IMG/VR virus record: IMGVR_UViG_3300045988_115450 | Coordinates: 32,001 to 96,000 of that record | Direction: 5' to 3' (one strand) | Length of the DNA: 64,000 nt | From: a virus | Part shown: positions 1 through 9,162 of the stretch, in pieces | Layout: the number at the start of each line of letters is the position of its first letter | Numbering within the stretch: the stretch's first letter is position 1 | Made by a program: the position numbers and the translations under genes | The notes under the pieces: generated by a model | Told to the model about the DNA's origin: nothing | Databases searched by the model: none | What the model saw: the letters and a program-made list of their open reading frames with translations, nothing else

Positions 1-2
1 GC

Positions 3-221
3 TTACTCCTTCAGCTCAAAGTTTCCTTCCGGATAAAAGTCGGTGCTGACATTGATGTACGGTTCCGCATCTAGATCGTCAACATAGCAAGTAACGATAA
101 CGCCTTTCGAGTATTTGTAATTACCAATAATACTCTCCGCGTTGTCGATCAAAGACTGCCCACACTTTTTAATAGCACGAATTTTCCTTTCGTTATCCCA
201 GATATTAAATTCTGTCGCCAT
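3..221 (-). CDS. hypothetical protein (72 aa)
   Basis: ORF track; GGAGGG RBS upstream; first of a tightly packed co-directional minus-strand array; no recognisable motif. Confidence 0.55.
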   Translation of the reverse strand: MATEFNIWDNERKIRAIKKCGQSLIDNAESIIGNYKYSKGVIVTCYVDDLDAEPYINVSTDFYPEGNFELKE

Positions 222-245
222 ATGTATCCCTCCATGAAAAGTAGT

Positions 246-485
246 TTAAATTTTGATGCCTCGCTTGGTTAGCTCCGCCTCGAACACAAGCGACCAATAC
301 TTGTCTAACGGTCTTACCATACGATAACAGTTCTTAATATGATCGTCTGTCATGCTTCCAACCGTGAGTTTATCCCCAGCTTTAGTAGTCCAAATTTCGT
401 CTGACGGGTTGCCCACATATATCAGTTTTCGCTCCGGGAGTGCCGCATCATCGCTCCATATATTGACAAAATCATGTCGCTTCAC
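246..485 (-). CDS. hypothetical protein (79 aa)
   Basis: ORF track; GTG start preceded by GAGAGG; no motif. Confidence 0.55.
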   Translation of the reverse strand: MKRHDFVNIWSDDAALPERKLIYVGNPSDEIWTTKAGDKLTVGSMTDDHIKNCYRMVRPLDKYWSLVFEAELTKRGIKI

Positions 486-492
486 TCACCTC

Positions 493-750
493 TCACTCCC
501 ATTCTTTTTTCGGCAGAGGAGGTAATCCTTTCCCGTTCTTGATGTCGTCCATTAGATCGCGACTGCCGCCCGACGACTTCTTCTCAACCTGTTCATACAC
601 AACAATTACTCCGTGCTTCGGTGTCGCCGCCATTGTAACCACTCTATAATCGCCCTGAATTATTTCGCGTATTGCACCACTTGCAGTAATCACGTCTTCA
701 TAAAGACTTACGGTTTGTCTAGACACTATCTTCGCCTCCTTTAAACCCAA
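493..750 (-). CDS. hypothetical protein (85 aa)
   Basis: ORF track; 10-nt overlap with the upstream gene suggests coupling; no motif. Confidence 0.55.
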   Translation of the reverse strand: MGLKEAKIVSRQTVSLYEDVITASGAIREIIQGDYRVVTMAATPKHGVIVVYEQVEKKSSGGSRDLMDDIKNGKGLPPLPKKEWE

Positions 751-1040
751 ATAATATCTTCGTATTTCCCCATATAAAAATTACGGACTGCTCTGTCAAT
801 CATTCTCTTGTCTTTTTCCTTGTTGCACCAGAGCCTACCAACTCTTTTCACACAAGTGGCTTCGTCCGGCATCCATGACAGTACGGTGCCGTCCGTAAAT
901 TCCGTAAATGCCATATGTTCATGTCGCCTGTATCTGTGCCTCACTTCTTTGCCGCAGGTCTGTTCGATCTTATCCATTAAGGCACAGCCAGATTCATAGT
1001 CGAACCCGATAACAGCCCAGTATTTTCTAAACACGACCAT
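741..1040 (-). CDS. hypothetical protein (99 aa)
   Basis: ORF track; the plus-strand ORF 808..999 is its antisense shadow. Confidence 0.55.
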   Translation of the reverse strand: MVVFRKYWAVIGFDYESGCALMDKIEQTCGKEVRHRYRRHEHMAFTEFTDGTVLSWMPDEATCVKRVGRLWCNKEKDKRMIDRAVRNFYMGKYEDIIWV

Positions 1041-1045
1041 TTCCT

Positions 1046-1213
1046 TTACTCATCTAAATCCTTTGCCCGGCATACAATCTCATCAATACCATTCATCAGA
1101 TTCTCAACTAAGATTTTAGATACGTCTTTTCCGTTGATAGTTTTCAAAGGATATCTTTTACCACATTTAACAACAAAAATATCCACATAAATTCCGTCCG
1201 TAATCTTATCCAT
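1046..1213 (-). CDS. hypothetical protein (55 aa)
   Basis: Track ORF is 1046..1255. Trimmed to the internal ATG (MDKITDG...) with an AGGGGG RBS, because the long form overlaps the upstream Cys-rich ORF. Confidence 0.45.
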   Translation of the reverse strand: MDKITDGIYVDIFVVKCGKRYPLKTINGKDVSKILVENLMNGIDEIVCRAKDLDE

Positions 1214-1224
1214 ATAATATCCCC

Positions 1225-1377
1225 CTACTCCACATCCTCTTTTTCGCAATAACAATTAAACAACGGGTCGTTCACATCACACACACAACATGGTTTCCCG
1301 TCACAAGAACTAGGCGGGTAGAACATACAAGACTCACACACCCACTCCGCTTTTCCTTTTTCTTTTTGAACCATCAT
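1225..1377 (-). CDS. Cys-rich mini-protein (50 aa, 8 Cys)
   Basis: Own translation: MMVQKEKGKAEWVCESCMFYPPSSCDGKPCCVCDVNDPLFNCYCEKEDVE. Below the 60-aa track cutoff. Fills an otherwise empty gap. Confidence 0.4.
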   Translation of the reverse strand: MMVQKEKGKAEWVCESCMFYPPSSCDGKPCCVCDVNDPLFNCYCEKEDVE

Positions 1378-1389
1378 AAAGCTAAAATT

Positions 1390-1626
1390 CTATGTATTAA
1401 ATCCACGGATATTTTGATATATGCTGATAACGTAGCGATAATATTCTTTCTCTACATCGCCGCCTTTTCTCTCCCGCATAAACCCGGCGTCTAAGTTATG
1501 ACAGTCAGAGCATTCGTAGTGATGGATTGGTATGCCGTATCCATCGCGAGGATTCCCGACGGTATCGCGGGGTAGTTCACGGGCCTCATATTCCTTCCCA
1601 CAGTTAGGACAATAAAAATAATACAT
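1390..1626 (-). CDS. zinc-ribbon protein (78 aa)
   Basis: CPNC...CSDC pairs of Cys (YCPNCGKEY, YECSDCHN). Confidence 0.6.
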   Translation of the reverse strand: MYYFYCPNCGKEYEARELPRDTVGNPRDGYGIPIHHYECSDCHNLDAGFMRERKGGDVEKEYYRYVISIYQNIRGFNT

Positions 1627-1662
1627 ACTGCTTATTTCCTTCTTTAATCTATAATTTTTATT

Positions 1663-2247
1663 TTAAAAAAACCTCTTCTCAATCAGCTTATTTAGCACGT
1701 CAGTGACATCTTTATTCGCCTGCGCTACTTTGACGCAGTTGTTGTTGATGATAATCTTGTACGCTTCACTCAACTCTTCTAGGTTCTTGATCTCAGATCT
1801 TCTCTCTTTAATCTGGGTATCTGCCTCATCAATCATTTTCCTATACATGTCAGACTCTTTCTGCACTTGCTTCTGAATATCCTCCAGAGTTGCCTTAGTA
1901 GAGTTCAATTTATCCAGCATTTTAGTTACATATGTATTGTTAAATTCATCGCCTAAACCAAGGTCGATCTTGTAGAGAGTCACGACAACCTTTTCTCGCT
2001 CGTCTACAAGGAGCACCCAAGTATCTTGCACATAAACGTCAATTACTTTGCCCTTGCCATCCTTCTGAGATTGTCTGCCTGAATAAATACAGCTGCCGTA
2101 TTCTATCATCTTGTTAATATCTGTCTTAATCTTATCTTCATTCAGAGAAACAAAACGAGCAGCGTCTGACTTCTCCCCTTTGCCCATAACGCGTTCCGCG
2201 TAGCGAGTTTTACAATGCGCTGAAACCTGATACTTTATATTTTCCAT
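1663..2247 (-). CDS. hypothetical protein with C-terminal coiled coil (194 aa)
   Basis: ORF track; the C-terminal half is rich in heptad-like K/E/L/I runs. Confidence 0.6.
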   Translation of the reverse strand: MENIKYQVSAHCKTRYAERVMGKGEKSDAARFVSLNEDKIKTDINKMIEYGSCIYSGRQSQKDGKGKVIDVYVQDTWVLLVDEREKVVVTLYKIDLGLGDEFNNTYVTKMLDKLNSTKATLEDIQKQVQKESDMYRKMIDEADTQIKERRSEIKNLEELSEAYKIIINNNCVKVAQANKDVTDVLNKLIEKRFF

Positions 2248-2275
2248 GCACTACCCTCGAACCTTATTTTAATTT

Positions 2276-2602
2276 TCAAATAGAAATCTCAACCAAGAAA
2301 TCATAAACTTTATCCCACGATGATAGATCGATGCACTCTTTTTTCTCCTCCCCGTGTGAGACAAATACATCTCCGATCTTAAAATCCTTTAGCCAGTCTT
2401 TCTCATAAACGCAATAACTAACCCAATGTTCGTCATCGTGCATCGCGTCTTCGATCAGTTGTATTGCTATGTCGAAAATATCCGTGATGTAGAGGCCGCA
2501 GAAATCAGGATTAAGTTTTTTCATGGCAGAATTCACTGCACTCATCCTGCTATCCAAATCCATAAGCCGCTTCATCGTTTTTACGAAACTTTCCTTATTC
2601 AT
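2276..2602 (-). CDS. hypothetical protein (108 aa)
   Basis: ORF track; part of the packed array. Confidence 0.55.
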   Translation of the reverse strand: MNKESFVKTMKRLMDLDSRMSAVNSAMKKLNPDFCGLYITDIFDIAIQLIEDAMHDDEHWVSYCVYEKDWLKDFKIGDVFVSHGEEKKECIDLSSWDKVYDFLVEISI

Positions 2603-2623
2603 GTCGCATACCCATATGTATAG

Positions 2624-2929
2624 TTACTCCTCGCTGACTTCTTCTTTGATATCCTTTACGATATCCTTTACTGCCTTAGTTCTTCTAAGTCTTTCGGCCA
2701 GCCTGTCAGCAGCTAGGTTAATGATCTCATCTTTATGCTCGTTGATTACTTCAGTGATCTTTTTGTCAAAATATATCGTCGGCTCATCATTACCACACCA
2801 CCTCATAACCAAAGCTTTACGCACCTGCTCCGCCATCTCCTTAGCAACAACATTCTCAGCCGATTTCTCAATATTCTTCTTGATGTATTCGTCGTCAATC
2901 GTAATGCCAAACTGTACGATATGTTCCAT
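2624..2929 (-). CDS. hypothetical protein (101 aa)
   Basis: Track ORF is 2624..2974. Trimmed to MEHIVQF..., preceded by an AGGAGG RBS. Confidence 0.55.
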   Translation of the reverse strand: MEHIVQFGITIDDEYIKKNIEKSAENVVAKEMAEQVRKALVMRWCGNDEPTIYFDKKITEVINEHKDEIINLAADRLAERLRRTKAVKDIVKDIKEEVSEE

Positions 2930-2943
2930 TGAAACTCCTCCTG

Positions 2944-3171
2944 TCACATGAGTTGATAATCTATACGCCCGCACTTATCGCACCGATACATATAGGTTTC
3001 TGGATGTGTAAGCATTCTGATTGTCTGATTCTTGCACATATTCCCACCGCAGTCCGGACATAGGTACTTTGGCTCTGACCACTCTGACCATTCTAAAGGT
3101 GTCGCCCTCACCATCTTCCTATACTCCTCCGCAGTAGGCAGACGTTCCCCGTAATTATCACTCACTTTCAT
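2944..3171 (-). CDS. zinc-ribbon protein (75 aa)
   Basis: CPDCGG...CDKCGR motif pairs. Confidence 0.6.
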   Translation of the reverse strand: MKVSDNYGERLPTAEEYRKMVRATPLEWSEWSEPKYLCPDCGGNMCKNQTIRMLTHPETYMYRCDKCGRIDYQLM

Positions 3172-3613
3172 TCACCCCGTTCAACATCTTTATCGTCTCT
3201 CGTTTGTTTTCTTCGGTCAACCCGTGGCTAAACAGAGTTCGTACTAACCGCTCCATATTTGGTTCCATGTCGTCTCTGTCATCCAGGATAACAAAGCTAC
3301 CTACATCCGTATGCGCGTCTAGCCACGACTGGATTTCCTGGCCCCTATGGTTGTTTATAACCGGTGTAAAGTCATATAAGGCTAAACCGTACTCCGACAG
3401 CTTGTCTTCCAGCTCGTCAAGTTCTGGACTTAATTCAGTATGAGCGTCGTATCTCCAGTCGCTCGACAAGACAATCTCGCATCCAGTTTGATCTACAATA
3501 TTCTTCAGTCGGCGAACAAAAATATCTTCAACGAAGCTACACCCGGTCGCAGTCTTTTCTTTTGTGTTCGCTTTATTTAAAACACCATCTACATCTAAGA
3601 ACAAAACTTTCAT
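3158..3613 (-). CDS. HAD-superfamily phosphatase (151 aa)
   Basis: N-terminal MKVLFLDVDGVLN (HAD motif I, DxDGV); SSDWR (motif II-like Ser); ILDDRDD (motif IV acidic). Confidence 0.75.
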   Translation of the reverse strand: MKVLFLDVDGVLNKANTKEKTATGCSFVEDIFVRRLKNIVDQTGCEIVLSSDWRYDAHTELSPELDELEDKLSEYGLALYDFTPVINNHRGQEIQSWLDAHTDVGSFVILDDRDDMEPNMERLVRTLFSHGLTEENKRETIKMLNGVNESE

Positions 3614-3625
3614 GTAATAGCGGAC

Positions 3626-3838
3626 TCACCACCCTCTCATTTTCATTTGCTCTCCTTTGCACTTCTTCTGTTTGCTTCCTTTCGCTAATTTCCTATTTTC
3701 CTTGCACTGACTGCAATTGTTTCTATCTCTGCAAAGCCAGCACCCATCCCTATTTCCCCACGCCCAATGCGGTATAGAAGGACGTGGCTTTCTTCTAGCT
3801 TTTCCCACCACTACACCACCTCTTACAAAACCGTTCAA
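3626..3838 (-). CDS. basic Cys-rich hypothetical protein (start uncertain)
   Basis: CWLCRDRNNCSQCK; overlaps the upstream gene by 44 nt, so an internal GTG start is likely. Confidence 0.4.
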   Translation of the reverse strand: MNGFVRGGVVVGKARRKPRPSIPHWAWGNRDGCWLCRDRNNCSQCKENRKLAKGSKQKKCKGEQMKMRGW

Positions 3839-4169
3839 ATTCTTCTACTTCGTCTAGGTCTGCATCAAAATACACACCTTGCGTCGGAAGAGCCGAATGC
3901 TGCGGGCCAATCATCATGTAAGCAGTTCCTTTGTGCCGTCGTTCTTCTAGAAAGATTGGGTTCCCAGACTTAGTAAAAGCCTCTCGGATTGTTAGTTTGT
4001 TTGTTAGCATTTTTCTACAGTGGTTAACGGACACCTTCGTAGACACGCAACTCTCATCTTCACTTCGGCAGCATAAGAAAAGCTCACCTTTAGATGAGCT
4101 TAAAAATAGCACCGGATATCGGTGCTCGAAGAATACATATTCAATAGACCAGTCTTTAATAAGCTCCAT
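3795..4169 (-). CDS. hypothetical protein (124 aa)
   Basis: Track ORF is 3795..4310. Trimmed to MELIKDW..., just after the stop of 4156..4407. Confidence 0.5.
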   Translation of the reverse strand: MELIKDWSIEYVFFEHRYPVLFLSSSKGELFLCCRSEDESCVSTKVSVNHCRKMLTNKLTIREAFTKSGNPIFLEERRHKGTAYMMIGPQHSALPTQGVYFDADLDEVEEFERFCKRWCSGGKS

Positions 4170-4407
4170 CAAACCCCAACCTTTCATCAATAATAGCCTC
4201 GGTTGCATCTTGCTGGATAACGCCAGCCAGCATGTGAGCAGTTGTCGGAGTACACTCGTAGTAATTAGAATAAATCTCCTCCGTGTCTTTACCAATAGCA
4301 ACAATAGCAATGCTCGTTACGTCGCTAATCACGCTACTGATCTCATCTAAGGATTCCGCAAAGAAGTCCTGATACCGAACGTCTTTATTTGAAATAATAT
4401 GTACCAT
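4156..4407 (-). CDS. hypothetical protein (83 aa)
   Basis: ORF track; packed array. Confidence 0.55.
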   Translation of the reverse strand: MVHIISNKDVRYQDFFAESLDEISSVISDVTSIAIVAIGKDTEEIYSNYYECTPTTAHMLAGVIQQDATEAIIDERLGFDGAY

Positions 4408-4419
4408 ACAGTGTCCTCC

Positions 4420-5628
4420 TTATTCGCTTGCCTTGAAATTGTATACAGGCTTGATGATGTTCGCGACCTCTACGGTGTCCGCAATATTGGCAATGATTTC
4501 CTCCATCGTCTTGTAAGCCATCGGACTTTCATCAATGGTGGAACGGCTGACAGATGTGGTGAAGATACCCTTCATGGAATCCTCATACTCCTCGAGAGAA
4601 ACCAGCTCTTTCGCCTTACTGCGGCTCATTACTCGACCAGCACCATGAGGAGCTGAACAGTTCCAATCATCATTACCCTTGCCGATACCGATGATACAAC
4701 CATCACGCATATTGATAGGAATGAGGAGCTTTTCACCAGCTTTCGCAGAGATAGCCCCCTTGCGAACCATATTCGTTCCAAACTCAATGTAGTTGTGAAC
4801 GGTCTCGAACATCGGCAAATCCCAGTAGGCGATGTCACTTCCGAACAAACTGCTGACGATTCGATTTGCGATTTCATATCGGTTGGTTGCCGCAAAATGC
4901 TGACACGCTTTCATGTCGTGAAGATAATCTTCCCGGTGCTTTCCTGTGAGGTAGCACAGTTCCTTCGGAATCCCGAGAGGGTTCGGAGAGAACTTTCTAT
5001 GAAGCTCGGCAATCGCTTTCTGAATTTCCTTTTTGCGCCCCTGCGCCTTGTAATCAACAATCAGTTTCTCTTGTATAGCAATGAGTTCGTCCTTACCTTG
5101 CATAGTCTCAACGGCAAGGTTCTGATAGTATTCGGCAACCTGTTTTCCCAAATTGCGGCTACCAGTATGAATCACAAGGTATTTTACCCCTTCGGAATCA
5201 GTATCAATCTCGATGAAATGGTTTCCACCCCCGAGAGAACCGATGGAGCGAACCAGTCGTTCCGGGCCTTTGAGTGCCTTATAGCACCGAATATATTCAA
5301 TTACCTCGGTAGGGTAGATAGCCGTCTCGTTTACTTCACGACCACTTGGGACGTTCTCCCGGATAGCCTTGTCGAGATAATCGAAGTCAATGTCAATCTT
5401 ACCCAGTTCCACGGTCAGCATACCGCAACCAATGTCAACGCCAACGATGTTCGGAATGACCTTATCCCCCAAATCAGCCGTAAAGCCAACGACACAACCA
5501 GCCCCAGCATGAACATCGGGCATGATACGAACCTTGCAATCTGCGAAAGCTGGTTGTTTGACAAGGGTATAAATCTGATTCAGAGCCGTAGGCTCGATGT
5601 TATCAGTAAAAATCTTTAAGTCGCTCAT
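4420..5628 (-). CDS. rtcB: RtcB-family RNA 3'-phosphate ligase
   Basis: RtcB signatures: GGGNHFIE, HTGSRNLG, APHGAGR, MPDVHAGAG. Start set at MSDLKIF, which overlaps the upstream stop as TAATG. The track alternative is 5667. Confidence 0.9.
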   Translation of the reverse strand: MSDLKIFTDNIEPTALNQIYTLVKQPAFADCKVRIMPDVHAGAGCVVGFTADLGDKVIPNIVGVDIGCGMLTVELGKIDIDFDYLDKAIRENVPSGREVNETAIYPTEVIEYIRCYKALKGPERLVRSIGSLGGGNHFIEIDTDSEGVKYLVIHTGSRNLGKQVAEYYQNLAVETMQGKDELIAIQEKLIVDYKAQGRKKEIQKAIAELHRKFSPNPLGIPKELCYLTGKHREDYLHDMKACQHFAATNRYEIANRIVSSLFGSDIAYWDLPMFETVHNYIEFGTNMVRKGAISAKAGEKLLIPINMRDGCIIGIGKGNDDWNCSAPHGAGRVMSRSKAKELVSLEEYEDSMKGIFTTSVSRSTIDESPMAYKTMEEIIANIADTVEVANIIKPVYNFKASE

Positions 5629-6005
5629 TACACCACCATCACAATCCATGTTAAAATAATCTGACAAATATGAACCAGCTGATCCTGAACCAGGTTGATT
5701 TTCTTAAAGTTCGCCTTCAAGTCGTCAACACAGAAGTGAATAACGCAGTTCACTACCAGCATAACAAAAAACAGGACCGGTAGGTTGAGCTTCAGATAAA
5801 CCGCCACCGGCAGCATCGTCATGAACGTCCAGCTAGAAGCGTGCATAAACAGTGCTGCAAGATAGTCGTGCCTGTACTTCTCTCCAGGAGAGTTCTTTCT
5901 CCACCAATCCTTCTGCTTCATACTGGCAAGCACACCCTGCAGGTAATAATCATCCACGATGTGAGCAAACAGCATCACCAATAACACAAATAGCTTAGTC
6001 TGCAT
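5628..6005 (-). CDS. small multi-pass membrane protein (DUF3307-like)
   Basis: Four hydrophobic segments; HIVDDYYLQ motif near the N-terminus. Confidence 0.6.
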   Translation of the reverse strand: MQTKLFVLLVMLFAHIVDDYYLQGVLASMKQKDWWRKNSPGEKYRHDYLAALFMHASSWTFMTMLPVAVYLKLNLPVLFFVMLVVNCVIHFCVDDLKANFKKINLVQDQLVHICQIILTWIVMVV

Positions 6006-6022
6006 TCATCATACCTCCACAA

Positions 6023-6217
6023 TCATCTACTATCAGTGGGAAACATAATTATATTTTCTTCTTCATCGTACCCAACATACACAAATGCCGCTTCGTGAAC
6101 ACCGTAATTACACTGATTATCATAACCATAGTAAGTATGGGCACACATCGTATCATCGGGGATATTATTCAAGAACTCTTTCAGAGCACCAACATCTTTC
6201 ATGCACTTAAAATTCAT
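6023..6217 (-). CDS. hypothetical protein (64 aa)
   Basis: Track ORF is 6023..6235. Trimmed to MNFKCMK... behind GTGGGGG. Confidence 0.5.
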   Translation of the reverse strand: MNFKCMKDVGALKEFLNNIPDDTMCAHTYYGYDNQCNYGVHEAAFVYVGYDEEENIIMFPTDSR

Positions 6218-6253
6218 TAAATTCAGCCCCCACAACCAGTTTCTTTATATAGG

Positions 6254-6478
6254 TTATTCCATAGTTCTTCTAACCTTACATCTGTTAAATACTTCACTTG
6301 TGACCAACCACTCTTCAGCCCATACATCAATTTCAGTACCAGAATAGTCGCTGTTGTCCAGTACGATCTCCTCATTATTATACTTGCGCTTCACAATCTC
6401 GTAAGCCTGTTCCTTGCTCTCTGCCTCAATTTCCAGCTCTCTCCGGAGTTCTTCCGTAACAGCTACAACGTACTTCAT
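6254..6478 (-). CDS. hypothetical acidic protein (74 aa)
   Basis: Track ORF is 6254..6499. Trimmed to MKYVVAV... behind GTGAGG. Confidence 0.5.
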   Translation of the reverse strand: MKYVVAVTEELRRELEIEAESKEQAYEIVKRKYNNEEIVLDNSDYSGTEIDVWAEEWLVTSEVFNRCKVRRTME

Positions 6479-6485
6479 ACGAACC

Positions 6486-6644
6486 TCACTTTCTCCCAAT
6501 TACAACGTGCTTTACACGCCCGCACTTCTTACACATATAAACAAGTTCAATCCCGTCTGGCACAGTTACGTTGTCGCCAAACTTCTTTACGCCTGTCACG
6601 TAATGAAAGTCGTGTTTGCAAAACAGCTTAGTTAACAACCCCAT
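6486..6644 (-). CDS. zinc-ribbon-like mini-protein (52 aa)
   Basis: Own translation: MGLLTKLFCKHDFHYVTGVKKFGDNVTVPDGIELVYMCKKCGRVKHVVIGRK. Below the track cutoff. Overlaps the upstream stop. Confidence 0.45.
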   Translation of the reverse strand: MGLLTKLFCKHDFHYVTGVKKFGDNVTVPDGIELVYMCKKCGRVKHVVIGRK

Positions 6645-6829
6645 TTGTCACCTCTAGCAACCAGATTTTTATATCTGGAACGTGAATATCGACCGTATTC
6701 ACCTCTAATACGCTTCTGCCACTTAATCCAATTATCCATTTTCTTCGCCGCTTTATATTTTTCGCAAAAACTATGGCATCCTACCTCTCTACTTTCGCAG
6801 CCTTTACACGGATACACCATCTTTACCAC
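6632..6829 (-). CDS. Cys-rich hypothetical protein (65 aa)
   Basis: CKGCESREVGCHSFCEKY. Confidence 0.55.
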   Translation of the reverse strand: MVKMVYPCKGCESREVGCHSFCEKYKAAKKMDNWIKWQKRIRGEYGRYSRSRYKNLVARGDKWGC

Positions 6830-7248
6830 CCATCTTTCGTGTATACATCCAGCAGCCGCATTCTATCCTTGCCACGCCAAATAAGATACGGAAGCTCGAA
6901 CTCCTCATATCGTGTGTAACCAATAAATCCATACGTTATTACATACGGGAAAATAAAATCCAAGAATTTAGAAATTTCTCCATCATAGTTTTTTAAATTA
7001 CATCTCACATTTAAATTATAGCGTTTTGTGATGACATCGTAGGTTATCGAACTATCGGTTATGCCATCAAAATAGTAACTATCACTCACCAGCATATACC
7101 GCCATCCTTCAGTTTGAAACAGCGGATGATCTGGAATATCGACATCCACTTCTTCATCGCCAAGCATGTAATTAAGAACCTTGATTACACTGTCAGGCGT
7201 CGAGGGCGCTAAGTCCACCCCGATATTTAACTCCGTATACATTCCCAT
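6823..7248 (-). CDS. hypothetical protein (141 aa)
   Basis: ORF track. Confidence 0.6.
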   Translation of the reverse strand: MGMYTELNIGVDLAPSTPDSVIKVLNYMLGDEEVDVDIPDHPLFQTEGWRYMLVSDSYYFDGITDSSITYDVITKRYNLNVRCNLKNYDGEISKFLDFIFPYVITYGFIGYTRYEEFELPYLIWRGKDRMRLLDVYTKDGW

Positions 7249-7268
7249 AATTCCACGTCCTCGTTCTC

Positions 7269-7946
7269 TTACTGAATAATCATTTCGTCCGCAAAGATTT
7301 TTTCACGCTGACTAGCATCAATCTTCTCCAGATTTACCGGCAGAATACCTGCAATGCCAATACTAGTCTCAATCATCAGCATACCAAGCCTATCTTTGTA
7401 GTATACTTTTGCCACACTGCCGTCATTAACAATACTAAACGCTCTATCCAACAGCGACATCTTGTATCCTCCATCCTTATACCGGAGCATATAGCGAAAG
7501 TCTTGCTTCATCTCTGCCTTCTTGAGTTTATATCCTTTGGATTTCGCTTCCGCGAGCACTTTGTTAAGGTCAACTCGGTCTACCTCTGTGTAATTGGTGT
7601 AGTTCACAAACCCGTCCAGCCTAAAATACGGGCCATGTTCTTCCTCGTTATATGTATCCATCTCACCAAGAGGTTCCTTAGTAATCACAAAGGAATAACC
7701 GTCCATAAAACCGTTGTAAATTTCCCCATTCACTTTAACGTTGTCACACGGGTAGTGACAACACGGATTTGGCTTATCTGCATACTTAAAGTACCGCTTC
7801 ATAGCAGCGTAACGCTCTTTCGCGCCAACATTTTTCTTCAAACTGTCCTGATAGATTTCATCAGTCAACAAGCTTTTAAGCTCGTCAATCCGCCCTTCTT
7901 TCAACATTTCAAGTACAACTGTATTTTTCATATTTACTCCTTTCAA
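7269..7946 (-). CDS. hypothetical protein (225 aa)
   Basis: ORF track; the plus-strand ORF 7503..7976 is an antisense shadow. Confidence 0.6.
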   Translation of the reverse strand: MKGVNMKNTVVLEMLKEGRIDELKSLLTDEIYQDSLKKNVGAKERYAAMKRYFKYADKPNPCCHYPCDNVKVNGEIYNGFMDGYSFVITKEPLGEMDTYNEEEHGPYFRLDGFVNYTNYTEVDRVDLNKVLAEAKSKGYKLKKAEMKQDFRYMLRYKDGGYKMSLLDRAFSIVNDGSVAKVYYKDRLGMLMIETSIGIAGILPVNLEKIDASQREKIFADEMIIQ

Positions 7947-7956
7947 ATTATCTTTT

Positions 7957-8184
7957 TTAATTGCTTACCAATCTAACCTTACTTTTTCTTACATAGATTC
8001 CGACATCACCTTCTCCGTCAATCGAATCAAGCGTAACATAAATTTTCTTATCATACTTTTTTGGTGTTACCTCTACTGTACCTTCCGTAACAACTCTACA
8101 ATTATAATCATGAATCCAAAGTTCCGATGTATCACCAGAAATATAAACTCTATCTCCTGCCTTGAACATATTTAAATCCTTCAC
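7957..8184 (-). CDS. hypothetical protein (75 aa)
   Basis: ORF track. Confidence 0.55.
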   Translation of the reverse strand: MKDLNMFKAGDRVYISGDTSELWIHDYNCRVVTEGTVEVTPKKYDKKIYVTLDSIDGEGDVGIYVRKSKVRLVSN

Positions 8185-8207
8185 TTAAAAATTACATTTT
8201 TATAGAG

Positions 8208-8447
8208 TCACTCAATATAGCCATCATAAATCAGGACTTCCGACCATCCTTTAATATTGATTGAGTCATGTAAAATAATATCTCCGTATTTATTCTTGAA
8301 ATCCATAAGCTCCTCCAGAGAGTTTATCTCAACAGTCCAGAACTTTTTTTCTTTTTTACTAATACCATCGAAGAGCATCATTTGTTTTGATTCTTCGCAG
8401 GGGCAACCAGTACCCCACAAACTTACTCTATTAACAATAAAGGTCAT
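8208..8447 (-). CDS. hypothetical protein (79 aa)
   Basis: ORF track. Confidence 0.55.
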   Translation of the reverse strand: MTFIVNRVSLWGTGCPCEESKQMMLFDGISKKEKKFWTVEINSLEELMDFKNKYGDIILHDSINIKGWSEVLIYDGYIE

Positions 8448-8470
8448 AAAATTCCTCCTAAACCATCTTG

Positions 8471-8674
8471 TTAAAACATGTAATACGTGCCATCTTCGTC
8501 GAACACAAGACGCTCACTTCCGTCCAGAATAATATACTCTTCAAGTAGGATATCAACGTCAACGTCAACACATTGAATATCAAAAACTTCATTGGTTTCC
8601 GTATCCACTTTGCAATCAGTAGTTATAGTCACGCCTCCGCCCCACACCGTTACAAACTTAGCATCTTTAACCAT
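8471..8674 (-). CDS. hypothetical protein (67 aa)
   Basis: Track ORF is 8471..8743. Trimmed to MVKDAKF..., 7 nt after AAGGAGG. Confidence 0.5.
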   Translation of the reverse strand: MVKDAKFVTVWGGGVTITTDCKVDTETNEVFDIQCVDVDVDILLEEYIILDGSERLVFDEDGTYYMF

Positions 8675-8884
8675 AGCAGCCTCCTTCATAAGCTCATAAG
8701 CCACACGAACAAATCCTCCTGATAACCCTTCTTGTAACCACAACTCTACAACTCACTCATCCACTAATCCCATAGAAGATAAAAGACTTCTTTGAATAGA
8801 TCAAAGAAGTCGTTCTTGTATTTGTCGGCCATATTTTGTGCCCACATATCTCTCTCTAGCAGGCTCATCTCTTCGGGAGCCTTC

Positions 8885-9133
8885 TCAAACCATTCTGATT
8901 CCCGCATATTCTTCATCAGTATATCCGCCTGGGATTCCCCATCGTGTATCTGAGTATCTGGTCATTACTCTCGTCATCGTTTTGATGAACCAAAGTGACA
9001 TATCATATTCCGCTTCTCTGGTGAATCCGTATTTCAGAAGGTACTTCCGCTCTTTAAAGTAATAAGGTATCCCAAACACGTTCCGCCACCAGTGAATACT
9101 TTCATGTTGAAAACTTTTCTTCCAATCTACCAT
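8885..9133 (-). CDS. hypothetical protein (82 aa)
   Basis: ORF track. Confidence 0.55.
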   Translation of the reverse strand: MVDWKKSFQHESIHWWRNVFGIPYYFKERKYLLKYGFTREAEYDMSLWFIKTMTRVMTRYSDTRWGIPGGYTDEEYAGIRMV

Positions 9134-9162
9134 ATAGTACCTCCAGCATAGCTGCTTTAAGA

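Noticed and set aside
4795-5619. Long opposite-strand ORFs inside real genes (4795..5619, 9396..9968, 17059..17763, 23131..23790, 28953..29600, 36847..37371, 50613..51050 and similar)
   Set aside because: These are antisense shadows of motif-supported or well-packed genes. They lack RBSs and have skewed, low-complexity compositions.
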